A stretch of DNA of 64,000 bases from Kiritimatiellia bacterium (GCA_017962605.1 JAGCUY010000217.1:7412-71411); one strand, 5' to 3'. Shown: positions 48,629 to 58,275, counted from the first letter of the stretch. Notes: generated by a model not told the origin, from the letters alone. Made by a program: numbers and translations.

Positions 48629-49185
48629 CTAAACCCCCGGTTGGAAACGATTGCCTCGATAATGGCGTCAACGACACCTGTTAGTTCCGGATTATTGGTG
48701 CGGACACGGAATGGCTTGCCATTGAGTTTGGCGGTGATGGTGACTATGCCGGCGGAGGCGTCGGAGCGGTCCTTGTCGTCAAGCTTCTTCATGCGCTTAT
48801 GCTCCTTGGTAAGGCCGGCATCGACAAACAGCTGCATCATCCAACGGGCCTGCGCCGGGGTGACGCCCAACTTCTCCTCGATGATGTCGCCCCATGCCGG
48901 GTTGTCGACGTCCTGGGAGAATGAGTCGAACACCAGCGGGGAACGGCCCTGCCGGAACTCCACCGAGCCGACGCCGATGATTTCAAGGCGGCATGGCGCG
49001 GTGCCGTTTGCCGGATGGTATCGGGCGGTGAGCCAGTTGAGCTGCGAATCGTTAACCTCAGTGAGCGGCTTCTCGCTGAAAAGCGCGCAGCCGGAGAGGG
49101 CTAGGGCTGCGGCGCAAAGCGCCACAGCCATGGCAGACGCAGTCTGGAAGACTGCGCCAAAAGGACGGTGAAGACGGCGCATCAT
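48625..49185 (-). CDS. Hypothetical lipoprotein
   Basis: Lipobox LALSGC; lies 1 nt after the uxaC stop. Confidence 0.7.
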   Translation of the reverse strand: MMRRLHRPFGAVFQTASAMAVALCAAALALSGCALFSEKPLTEVNDSQLNWLTARYHPANGTAPCRLEIIGVGSVEFRQGRSPLVFDSFSQDVDNPAWGDIIEEKLGVTPAQARWMMQLFVDAGLTKEHKRMKKLDDKDRSDASAGIVTITAKLNGKPFRVRTNNPELTGVVDAIIEAIVSNRGFR

Positions 49186-49186
49186 G

Positions 49187-50608
49187 CTATTCCCCGAACC
49201 TAAAGAAGCGGGCGGCGTTGTGGTGGCAGATGTCCTCGACGATGGAACCCGCCCAGTCGAGGTCGTGCGTCATGTCGCCGGCGTCGATTTCCGAGCCGAT
49301 GATGTCGCAGAGGACACGCCGGAAGTATTCGTGGCGCGGGTAGGAGAGGAATGAGCGGCTGTCCGTGAGCATTCCCACGAAGTTGGCGAGGAGGCCAAGT
49401 TCGGAGAGGGCGTCGATCTGGGCGCGCATTCCGTGCTTCTGGTCGTTGAACCACCAGCCGGAGCCAAGTTGTATCTTGCCGGCGTCGGGGCCGCGCTGGA
49501 AGGCCCCCATCATCACGGCGACGAGGTAGTTGTCGCGAGGGTTGAGGTTGTAGATGATGGTGCGCGGGAGGTTGTCGTCGCGGTCGAGGGCATCGAGGAG
49601 GCGCGCCAGGCCGGCCGCAACGGGGAGGTCGTGGATCACGTCGGCGCCGGCGTCGGGGCCGATTGCCTCGAATAGGCGCGTGCTGACGTTGCGCATCGGA
49701 CCATAGTGGATCTGCCATGTCCAGTCGGAGTCGGCGTCGAGGTGGCCGAGTTCGACAAGCGTTCCGAGGCGGAAGGCATTGACCTCCTCAGGTGTGGCGC
49801 GGCCACCGGTGCGCACCTTGCGGAAGATGGCGTTGATGGCTGATGGCGCCGGTATCTCGACATCTGGAACCGTCTCGATGCCGTAATCGGAAAGGCGGCA
49901 TCCGTTGGCGGCGAAGAACTCATGGCGCTCGGCCAGTGCGTTCATCATGTCGTCGAAGTCGCAGCAAGGGGCGTTCGTGACGGCCTCCAGACCGTCGAGC
50001 CACTTGTTCCAGGCTGACGGGCGGTCAATGGCGAGGGCCTTGTCTGGACGCCATGCAGGCAGCACTTTTACGGGGAAGCCGGACTCGCGGATCGCGGCAT
50101 GCCATTCAAGGGTGTCGGTTGGATCGTCGGTTGTGCAGACGACCTCGACATTGCTGCGGGTGATGCAGGAGCGCGCGGAGAAGCCGCCGGAGGCAAGTGC
50201 GGCGCGGGTCTGCTCCCAGATGTGGTCGGCAGTGTCCGGCGAAAGGACTTCGCGTATGCCGAAGAAGCGCGCCAGTTCGAGGTGCGACCAGTCGAACATC
50301 GGGTTGCGCATGAGGCGCGGCATGGTTGCGGCGAAGGCGTCGAACTTCTCGCGTGGCGAGGCGTCGCCGGTGATGAGGCGCTCGTCAATGCCGTTGGAAC
50401 GCATGCAGCGCCACTTGTAGTGGTCGCCGCCCAGCCAGAGGTCGGCCAAGTTGTTCCAGCGGGTGTCCTCGGCTATCTCGCGAGGAGGAAGGTGGCAGTG
50501 GAAGTCGATGATGGGAAGCTTCTCCGCATGCTCATGGTAGAGGTAGCGGGCGCTTTCGCCGTGGAGAAGGAAGTCATCGGTAATGTAGAAGGGGGTATCT
50601 TTATTCAT
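49187..50608 (-). CDS. uxaC: Glucuronate (uronate) isomerase
   Basis: PIIDFHCHL, WL.GDHYKWR, TTDDP, GSGWWFND, GMLTDSRSFLSY.RHEYFRR. Confidence 0.97.
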   Translation of the reverse strand: MNKDTPFYITDDFLLHGESARYLYHEHAEKLPIIDFHCHLPPREIAEDTRWNNLADLWLGGDHYKWRCMRSNGIDERLITGDASPREKFDAFAATMPRLMRNPMFDWSHLELARFFGIREVLSPDTADHIWEQTRAALASGGFSARSCITRSNVEVVCTTDDPTDTLEWHAAIRESGFPVKVLPAWRPDKALAIDRPSAWNKWLDGLEAVTNAPCCDFDDMMNALAERHEFFAANGCRLSDYGIETVPDVEIPAPSAINAIFRKVRTGGRATPEEVNAFRLGTLVELGHLDADSDWTWQIHYGPMRNVSTRLFEAIGPDAGADVIHDLPVAAGLARLLDALDRDDNLPRTIIYNLNPRDNYLVAVMMGAFQRGPDAGKIQLGSGWWFNDQKHGMRAQIDALSELGLLANFVGMLTDSRSFLSYPRHEYFRRVLCDIIGSEIDAGDMTHDLDWAGSIVEDICHHNAARFFRFGE

Positions 50609-50673
50609 AGCGGAAGTATTATACCAAAAGCGGGAAAAACACTACACAATCCCTCCCGCATTCTCGCTTATGG

Positions 50674-50696
50674 GAAGTGACGGGCTTCGTCACTTC
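50674..50696. repeat. Palindrome at the left edge of the island
   Basis: gaagtgacg-ggctt-cgtcacttc, just after the HNH stop. Confidence 0.65.
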
Positions 50697-50705
50697 AGCG
50701 ACCTT

Positions 50706-51248
50706 CTACTTAGCGCCCTTGCGGCGGTTGCAGTCGCGGCATAGCATCTGGCAGTTGTCGGGGATGGTGCGGCCGCCCTGCCTCCACGGCGTGATGTGGT
50801 CGGCCTCCATCTCCTCCAGCTCGAAGTGCTCCCGGCAGATGGCGCACAGGCCATGCTGACGCTCGTATGCCTCCAGCCTCGTGTTCCCGTCGAACGCGCG
50901 GATGTTGAGGTGCCGCTCGTCGCCGTCCAGCACGTATTCCCAGATGCCGCTCTTCCGCTGCACGTCGCTGTCCGCCACAAGCCGCGCTATTTCAACTTCC
51001 AGCATCTTGGCGTCGAGCGGCGCTTCCGCGAACTTGTTGTAGAGGCACCCCCAATCCACGTGTTTCATCGGCGGCCGCGTCTTCGGGAATGTCGCCTTGA
51101 CCCAGCTGATGACTTTCTGGAAGTAGAGCCAGAGCGGCGTCGCGTTTGGGTCGTGCTGGTGGAGCGCCTTGTAGAAGCGCGGGTCGGCGCCGTCGCTGTA
51201 GCCGTCCACGAGGTCGCGGATTCTGATTTCGTGCAGTTCGATTTTCAT
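50706..51248 (-). CDS. HNH endonuclease; internally deleted derivative of a DUF262(GmrSD-like)-HNH protein
   Basis: C-terminal CAIC..MEADHITPW..GG.T..DNCQMLCRDCNRRK. N-terminal MKIELHEIRIRDLVDGY is joined almost directly to HQHDPNA..LWLYFQ. Confidence 0.75.
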   Translation of the reverse strand: MKIELHEIRIRDLVDGYSDGADPRFYKALHQHDPNATPLWLYFQKVISWVKATFPKTRPPMKHVDWGCLYNKFAEAPLDAKMLEVEIARLVADSDVQRKSGIWEYVLDGDERHLNIRAFDGNTRLEAYERQHGLCAICREHFELEEMEADHITPWRQGGRTIPDNCQMLCRDCNRRKGAK

Positions 51249-51272
51249 GGATGGTGCCTTACATCGGGGTTG

Positions 51273-51857
51273 CTACTTGACGAAAAAGACTGAGCCATCG
51301 CGGTGGGCGGCGACTGCCACTGCTGCGGCATTGGGTAGGCCGCGCACGGTTTCACGGACGCAATTCCAGAGGTCGATGCGCCCGACGGAGGCAAGAAGCG
51401 GCAATGCGTCGGCGAGAATCGGGACATTGTTCTCAAGAATTGACAGCGAGGCCGCCTCGCCTTTGGAGTCGATGCGGACGAACACCGAAAGCGTCTTTTG
51501 GGGATTCGGCGAAGAAGGTGACTCCGCAAGCGTCTCGCCAGTAATCGGCGATGACGCGATCCATTCGCCTGCATCCCATCCAATCTTGAAGGAGGCCTCT
51601 GGCCAATCGAGCGCGTCGTCGAAGTTGGAGTCGCGGCCAAAGACAAGTTCGACGCAGTTCGTAGGTGTGGCCATGAAAGTGATGGTCGCGGAAAGAGTGC
51701 CAGGGGCTTCTATTGAAATGTCGGCGGAAGCGGTCGCCTCGCCGTCGGCAAAAGCAGTCGGCGTGGGTTGGGGAATGCTGACAGTCGCCGCACTGCTTGA
51801 AGAGAATGATGCGTAAAGCGCTGTAGCCAAAACGCTCGTTATGAATTGATTCCCCAT
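51273..51857 (-). CDS. Secreted hypothetical protein (accessory gene of the toxin-like cassette)
   Basis: SD GGAGG, signal peptide, FGRDSNFDDALD..E loop, GWDAGEW, C-terminus DGSVFFVK. Confidence 0.75.
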   Translation of the reverse strand: MGNQFITSVLATALYASFSSSSAATVSIPQPTPTAFADGEATASADISIEAPGTLSATITFMATPTNCVELVFGRDSNFDDALDWPEASFKIGWDAGEWIASSPITGETLAESPSSPNPQKTLSVFVRIDSKGEAASLSILENNVPILADALPLLASVGRIDLWNCVRETVRGLPNAAAVAVAAHRDGSVFFVK

Positions 51858-51894
51858 GGCACCTCCGGTTTGCTAATTGCAGCAAAAACAACGG

Positions 51895-52551
51895 TCATAA
51901 TTGCGGCACAGAATTCGTAAGTTGCTCCATTGCGTATTCAAGCGAAAACCGCTCCCAGTTATCCAGAAATCTTCTCTCTTCTCTCGAATCGCTGTCGAAT
52001 ACGCTTTGAAAGTAGTCGGCAATTTGATTGTCATTGGTGGGGAACAAGTTCATTGTCCTGATAAACAAATTGCTCACGCCTGGTTTGTCTGAATTGATGA
52101 ACGCATACCTGTAAAGAGGAGTTGTAGCCGCCTCATAGACTTCCCTGATGAAAGCAGCGCTGCACCTGTTTGTGTCTACTTGGCAAATGTCGATGAGTCC
52201 GTCCCACACGCCCAAGAGAGCATTGGTTCCTGCAAAGCCAACTATGTTCGGGATGATAAGCCTCATCGTTTCATTCGTCCAGTAGTAGTCCCAATCTGCC
52301 ACAAGCGATGACCAGTCGTTGGACATTGCGGCGATTGTGTTGCAAAAAGGTTCTGTTCCGCATATGCCCGACGGGAAGCCCCACTCGGCGATTTGACTTA
52401 AATTGCAGTATTGTGAAGTTGTGCAAAAGTAACTTAATTCGTCAAGAGTGGCTCTCGTTTGAGTTTGATCACCCTTGCAAGGTATGACTGTTGTTGAAGC
52501 AGCCATAAAGAGGATTGTGCGACATGTCGCATTTACTGTGCTAATTTTCAT
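51895..52551 (-). CDS. Exported hypothetical protein, candidate immunity protein
   Basis: ATG 52551 with a GGAG SD overlaps the last 11 nt of the upstream gene. Signal-like N-terminus; markedly AT-rich. Confidence 0.7.
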   Translation of the reverse strand: MKISTVNATCRTILFMAASTTVIPCKGDQTQTRATLDELSYFCTTSQYCNLSQIAEWGFPSGICGTEPFCNTIAAMSNDWSSLVADWDYYWTNETMRLIIPNIVGFAGTNALLGVWDGLIDICQVDTNRCSAAFIREVYEAATTPLYRYAFINSDKPGVSNLFIRTMNLFPTNDNQIADYFQSVFDSDSREERRFLDNWERFSLEYAMEQLTNSVPQL

Positions 52552-55470
52552 CGTTACTCCATTTATTAAGGCCGGAAGACCCGTCAAGAAACATAACAAA
52601 TTGCCTATTGACATTTAGTGTTCCTGCGGCGATTCCCCATCCATCATAGTCAACAATTCCGCAATGACCTGATCCGCCAGAATTTGGATGCGCTATGACA
52701 AATCCTGGCTCAAGTGCTACAGTGGCAGGAGCGTGAATCCACGGCGCTATGTTTTCGCCTGATGCCCAGTCATTGGCTACTGGCGGATACTTGCGCCATG
52801 GCGTAGTTTGCGTCGAAGCGACAGGGAGACCTGATTGTGAAATGCAGCATGCCACAAAAGCGTTGCATTTCCAGTCGCCGTTCTTGACGCTCCGAAATCC
52901 GAAGTAAGACGGCAAGAAACAATCGCGAGCGAAAGCCGTGCTGCCCAGATGCGACAAAGCGGTGTTCCGCAATGCGATCTGCCATTGCTCGGACGCAACA
53001 CCGATGTGGTCGTAGCCGCCCACATGGTAGTTGCTTTCCGGCGGGTCGAAGTCGTTTCGCGACGCGATTTTGTAGTATGTCTCCCGCGTCGCCCCGCAAA
53101 GTGTCATTTCCACCTTGACGCGATATATCCCGCCCGTCACCATTGTTGGCGAGAACGTGTCTCCCGGGATGTCGTCGCCTATCTTGACCCAGCCCTCGTG
53201 GCCTCCATTCCTCGTCCTCCGCCCGACATGCCAATCGCATTCGGCATCGTCAAGGTTCGCACCGGCGGGGACGCAAACCGCCGACATCGGCACCTCGCTC
53301 CCGGCGAGGACCACAAGTCCCGACGCCGGCGCGCCGGGCACCGCCACGCGGTCGAGCGACACCGCCGTCGAGTTGGCAGTGCAATACGCATTGCCCCCGC
53401 CATCTCGGACAAGCTCCGCCTCCAGCACGATGTCCCCGGATACCGACGACACCGTCGCCGCGTGTATGACCCCAGTTGCACAGAACTCATGGCTCTCGCC
53501 GTCAAGCGCGAACGTCCACGGCAACCCGCCGATAAGCGACTGCGACAGGCTCGCGTCCGACACAGTTATCTCGCCCGCCGCCGGCTCGTCGGCCCAGTAA
53601 GTGACCACGACGTCGGCGTCTTCCCCGGCGAAGAACGCTGGCGGCAACGAGATGCCGACGAGCGTCAGCGGCGCGGTTCGCCTCCCCCTGTGGATTAGCG
53701 CTTCGGAGGTGGCCGACCAGTCACCTATGCGGCATGTGAGCGTTATCCTTCGCGAGGCCCAGTCCACGTCGTCACCGTAGCCATCGAAAAACCACGCCGC
53801 GCCAGTCGTCCGCGAGTTGGGGGAGTATATCTGCACGTAGTCGGCGTCGTTCTCGTCGTCGTCCACGAAAGACCATTCCCATGAATCGACGACCGCCGGG
53901 TCCGCCCCGACGCAGACGCCCGTGAACTCGTGGATTTCGCCAGACCCGTAGCAGTACTGGTCCCCGGGGGCGACCGCCACGCCGGCCGGCCTCAGCGTGA
54001 CCGTCCCGGAAACCCCGCCCCCATTGAGCGAAACCAGCGCGTCGGATCTAGACGCCGAAAAACTGGCCGCGCATGGCGGGGTGACTCCGAACTGGTATTC
54101 CGGCCCGACGTTCAGCAGAAACCCGTATGTCCCGTTCTCGTTCGCCACAACCCGCTGCCCGCCGACGCTTACCAGCACTTCCGGCGGACCCTGCACGTCG
54201 CCGCCATATTGCCCGACGCCATCAAGCTCGACATAGAAGACGTAGCGCCTTTCCCCGTCGTCGCCATCAGTCTGCGACAGGAGGTAGTCGTCGTAGCCCA
54301 TCGAGATTATCTCGGACGAATTCGTGAAGGTGGCGGCAATCCACGCGCTGGACTGCCCGAAGGCGGCGCCGCACGAAACAAGTGGCGCCTGATCGAAGCC
54401 GTCCGCAAGACCGTCGCCGTCGGTGTCGAAATCGAACGGGTCTGTTCCCGAAACAATCTCCGCACCGTCGCCTAGTCCGTCGCCGTCGGTGTCGGCCACG
54501 AGGGGGTCGGTGCCGAGGAGCATCAGTTCGTCGTAGTCGGTCAGGCCGTCTTCGTCCGTGTCGCCGGTCCCGTCCCCGTATGCGGACACGTCGGCGAAGT
54601 AGATCGACGAGGCGCGTGAGATCGCGCCGGTGACGGAAGAGGTCTCGCCGGGAGGCACGGAGGCGCCGGGGCCGCCAATTGAGAACGTGGCATTTGTGAG
54701 CGCGTCAATCGCGTCTGTGTCGCCGTAGCGGTAGATGAAGTCGCCGTTCCGCAGAAACTCAATCTGGAACGAGAGCGGCTGCGCCGTGTCGCGGTCAAGC
54801 AGCGCGCATTCCCATGCGACGATGGTTGAGGCGGGGGACGACGCCGTCCAGCAGCGGGACGTGACGCCGCACTCCGCCCACTTGCCCTCGGCGACGAACG
54901 ACATCGGGGCGTGGAACGGTTCGAGATAGGCGGCATCTCCATTGCCTAGAATCGCCTTGGCGCGGCCGTGCGAAAAAACCATCAGGCGGCGCACATCGTT
55001 CGTGCCGATACGCACCGGCGCATTCGTAGGCGGCGTGACTGCGAAGTAGTCGTCGAATACGCCCGTCGCCAGCCATGACGCCTTTGCAACGGCGTTGCTC
55101 GTCGTGTCAAATAAGGCCCACACATGGTCTGCGCCGTTGATGCATCGACTGGCCACCGCCGCAGGATTAGTGACGCAGGCGAAGCCCAGCGCCTGTTCCG
55201 CCTCGGTGAACGAGCGCGGCTCCTGCGGGTCGCCGGCGGCGGGGACGCCTCGCGGCGCGGGTCGCCGCCACCGCCGCCGTCGCCGCTATCGCCCTTGCCT
55301 CCGCCGTATATCACCGCCGCGGCGAAGAAGGCGCAGACGGCGACGCGCATGTATGGGGGTTCGCGCGAAAGCGCGGCGCGCAATACGGACAGTCCCCGCA
55401 ATCGCCAGACAACAGGCGCCGCCATTCCGGCAAACACGAGAAAGACCACTATTTCAAGCGTCCATCTCAT
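52541..55470 (-). pseudogene. Large exported protein (~976 aa if repaired) with DxDxDG (TSP3-like) repeats and a C-terminal NlpC/P60-CHAP-like domain; split by one frameshift near 55260
   Basis: ORF 54982..55470 supplies the SD-led start and hydrophobic leader. The frame of ORF 52541..55156 stays open up to a TAG near 55287, and adding one C to CCC (55259-55261) fuses them. Motifs DTDEDGLTD, DTDGDGLGD, DTDGDGLAD; KCNAFV and GHCGIV. Confidence 0.75.
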
Positions 55471-55522
55471 CTTCGGCCTTCCTTGGCGCCCCCCGTTGCA
55501 ACCCTCTACAAGATGGGTGCAT

Positions 55523-55546
55523 GTGAAGCGGCTAGGGCCGCTTCAC
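55523..55546. repeat. Palindrome at the right edge of the island, just after the serA stop (REP-like or terminator)
   Basis: gtgaagcggc-tagg-gccgcttcac. Confidence 0.7.
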
Positions 55547-55547
55547 G

Positions 55548-57125
55548 CTAGATTTCGATGCAAAGCGCGGACTTAGCCTTCACCTCGGCCGAAATCTCGG
55601 CGAGCGTGGCGTCGTCCACCGGCTGGCTGAGCTTCAGGATCACGAGCGAACGGCCCGTCTTCGGGTCATGCGGATTGCGCATGTCCTCGATGTTGATGCC
55701 CTTGTCGGCAATGCGGCGGGAAATGGCCGCGATCACGCCGGGACGGTCGTCATAGATGCAGCAGAGAATCGGGCCCTGCGGCTCGAAGTAGAGGCCATCG
55801 AACTCGTTGATGCGGGCGACCATCAGGCGGCTCTCGGCGACTGTGCCGCGGAGGCTGATGCGCTTCAGGCTGTTCGCACCGTCCTCGACGAGGACGTCGA
55901 TCGTCATGGAGTTCACATAGTGCTTGGCGTTGTCGGCCTTGCGGTTGGTGTATTTGATGCCCGCGTCTTCGAGGAACCGGATGGCGGCCTTGCGGTCGTT
56001 GAGGCGGTCGAAGTTGTCGCAGACGCCTGCCAACACCGGCACAATCAGCCAGTCGGCGAAGGGCTCCAGTTTGCCGTAGAAGCTCGTCTCGATCTCGCGG
56101 ATCGGGTTGGCCTCGCCGGAGAGGAGGCGCGCCATGTGGGCGATTGTCCAGGCAAGGTCGCAGTAGGAGCGGTCGAGGCCGTCGGGGATGTCGCGGTTCA
56201 CGATGCAGGCGGTGACGCCGCGCTCATCGAGGTCGATCAGCTCCTCGGCGGCGCGCTTGGCCGCCGTGCGGTTGGCTTCCTTCGTGGAGGCGCCGAGGTG
56301 CGGCATCATGATGTCGGCCACGTCGGCGATGCTCTTGGGGCCTTCGATGTCCTTGGGGTAAACGTCGTTGAGGTAGCGGAGCTTCTTCACCGGCTTGGCG
56401 GCGCGGAGGGCGTCCTCGTCCACGATGCCGGCGCGGGCGCAGTTCACAATCGTTGCGCCGGTCTTCATGCAGGAGAGCAGCTCGGTGGAGAGCATCTTGC
56501 GGGTGGAGTCGGTCTCCGGGATGTGGAGGGTGACGATGTCGGACTCCGCGAAGAGCTCCTCAAGGGGCATCGGCTCGATGCCGGAGGCGCGGGCCTTGTC
56601 GCCGGGAACGAGGGGGTCGTAGCCGAGGATGCGGCAGTCGAAACCCTTCAGGCGCTTCGCGACGAGGCGGCCAATGTTGCCGAGGCCGACGATGCCGACG
56701 GTCTTGCCGGAGAGTTCGGTGCCCATGAAGTTCTTCTTCTCCCACTTGCCGGCGCGGACCGAGGGGTCGGCCGCCACGACATGGCGCATGTCTGCCAGGA
56801 TGAGGGCGATCACCTCTTCGGCGACCGCGTTGGCGTTGGCGCCAGGGGTGTTCATCACGTCAACGCCGCGCTTGCGGGCGTATTTGGTGTCGATGGTGTT
56901 GTAGCCGGCGCCGGCGCGGACAATCACCTTAAGCTGCGGAAGGGCGTCGATCGTCGCCGCCGTCACTTGCTCGCTGCGCACGATTAGAGCATAAGAGTCG
57001 GAGTTGGCCGCGACAAGCTCGTCAAAGGGGGTGGTGGAATCCTGCACCACGGAGTAGTTACCGTTATCGGTGAGGATCTTGGCGGCGATTCCGTCAAGCT
57101 TGGTGGGAATGAGGACTTTTTTCAT
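55548..57125 (-). CDS. serA: D-3-phosphoglycerate dehydrogenase with C-terminal ACT domain
   Basis: LIVRS, RAGAG..TID, VMNTPG.N..AVAE, GLGNIG, NCARAG, PHLGAST.EA, DRPGVI. Start at MKKVLIP. Confidence 0.92.
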   Translation of the reverse strand: MKKVLIPTKLDGIAAKILTDNGNYSVVQDSTTPFDELVAANSDSYALIVRSEQVTAATIDALPQLKVIVRAGAGYNTIDTKYARKRGVDVMNTPGANANAVAEEVIALILADMRHVVAADPSVRAGKWEKKNFMGTELSGKTVGIVGLGNIGRLVAKRLKGFDCRILGYDPLVPGDKARASGIEPMPLEELFAESDIVTLHIPETDSTRKMLSTELLSCMKTGATIVNCARAGIVDEDALRAAKPVKKLRYLNDVYPKDIEGPKSIADVADIMMPHLGASTKEANRTAAKRAAEELIDLDERGVTACIVNRDIPDGLDRSYCDLAWTIAHMARLLSGEANPIREIETSFYGKLEPFADWLIVPVLAGVCDNFDRLNDRKAAIRFLEDAGIKYTNRKADNAKHYVNSMTIDVLVEDGANSLKRISLRGTVAESRLMVARINEFDGLYFEPQGPILCCIYDDRPGVIAAISRRIADKGINIEDMRNPHDPKTGRSLVILKLSQPVDDATLAEISAEVKAKSALCIEI

Positions 57126-57250
57126 TGCTTTATTAACCGCGCGGGATTTGGTATCATTGATTCCCGACGGCGGATTCCGCCGGGAACCGCATCGCCGAAA
57201 TCCCACGGCGACGCTTAAAAATTGGAACATCTATTCTACATTTTGACGCC

Positions 57251-58255
57251 ATGAAAATCAAGCGAATCGCCCTTTTCGCCGCCATTGCCGCGCTCGCCGC
57301 GGCAGTCGCCACACCCGCCACGGCGGCGTCTCAAGACGCCGCCCGGCTGCGCGATACCACCGCCCACCAGCCTGGCAATTTCGACGACGACCTCTTCTCC
57401 GCCGCGCAGAAGGAGCCTGAACGCAAGGCAACCGGCTTCTTCTTCCACCACCGCGACAAGCGCCCCGCCGCCGTCCAGTTCGAGGAGGCGGGCAAGAAAT
57501 ACCTCGCCGGCGACCTCAAGGGCGCATGCCGCGCATACGACCGCCTCGTGCGCTCCTGCCCCTATTCGCCCGAGGCGCCGCGCGCCCAATACAACTTGGG
57601 CGCCATCCTAGAGCGCCGCGAAAAATACAAGGCCGCATTCGACGAATACCGCTATCTCCTCACATATTACCCCGAAAGCAGCAAGACGGGCGTGGTCCTC
57701 GAGCACATGTTCGCCATCGCGAACTGGCAACTTGGCCGCCGCAAACGCGAGGCTGCGGCCAAGTCATTCGCCGCCATCGCCGTCGCAGCACCCGGATGGC
57801 ACCGCGCGGCTGAGGCGCTGTTCCGCCTTGGCGAGGCCAATTTCGCCATGCGCGAGTGGTATGACGCCGCCGACGCCTTCGACTCCGTTGCCTCCGACTA
57901 TCCCTCCAGCGAATACGCCCTTCCCGCAATGGAGCGCCATGCAGCGGCCCTCTACGCACTTTCTCTAAAATATAAAGAGGACGAAGCCATCCAGAATCGC
58001 GCCATCACAGTGGCGACCGCCGCCGCCGCCGCGCTCCCCAAAGACGACCCGGCGCGTCCTAAACTGGTGGAGCACCTAGAGGACCTCCTTGACCGCCGCG
58101 ACGCCCGCGCCTTCGCCATCGCCAAGTTCTATGATGGCAAGCGCCACAAGCGGGAATCGGCCATTGCCGCCTACGAGGAGTTCCTTCGCCAGTATCCGCG
58201 CTCGCCGCGCGCCGAAGAAGCCCGCGCCCGCCTCGAAGTCCTCCGCGCGAAGTAG
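57251..58255 (+). CDS. Periplasmic TPR protein, BamD/YfiO-like
   Basis: Signal peptide; repeated YP.S..A TPR units; A.FY....A...Y...L..YP.S..AEEA..RL. Confidence 0.7.
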   Translation: MKIKRIALFAAIAALAAAVATPATAASQDAARLRDTTAHQPGNFDDDLFSAAQKEPERKATGFFFHHRDKRPAAVQFEEAGKKYLAGDLKGACRAYDRLVRSCPYSPEAPRAQYNLGAILERREKYKAAFDEYRYLLTYYPESSKTGVVLEHMFAIANWQLGRRKREAAAKSFAAIAVAAPGWHRAAEALFRLGEANFAMREWYDAADAFDSVASDYPSSEYALPAMERHAAALYALSLKYKEDEAIQNRAITVATAAAAALPKDDPARPKLVEHLEDLLDRRDARAFAIAKFYDGKRHKRESAIAAYEEFLRQYPRSPRAEEARARLEVLRAK

Positions 58256-58275
58256 CCCGCCTTGCACACTTGAAA

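Noticed and set aside
29466-51248. MTase and HNH forming one restriction-modification system
   Set aside because: They are 20 kb apart in unrelated contexts.
54982-55470. Independent 162-aa membrane protein
   Set aside because: Its second half is Arg-rich out-of-frame sequence overlapping the large ORF; it is better explained as the frameshifted N-terminus of that gene.
57126-57250. Riboswitch or attenuator upstream of serA
   Set aside because: A GC hairpin exists near 57161-57186, but no known aptamer consensus or leader peptide is recognisable.
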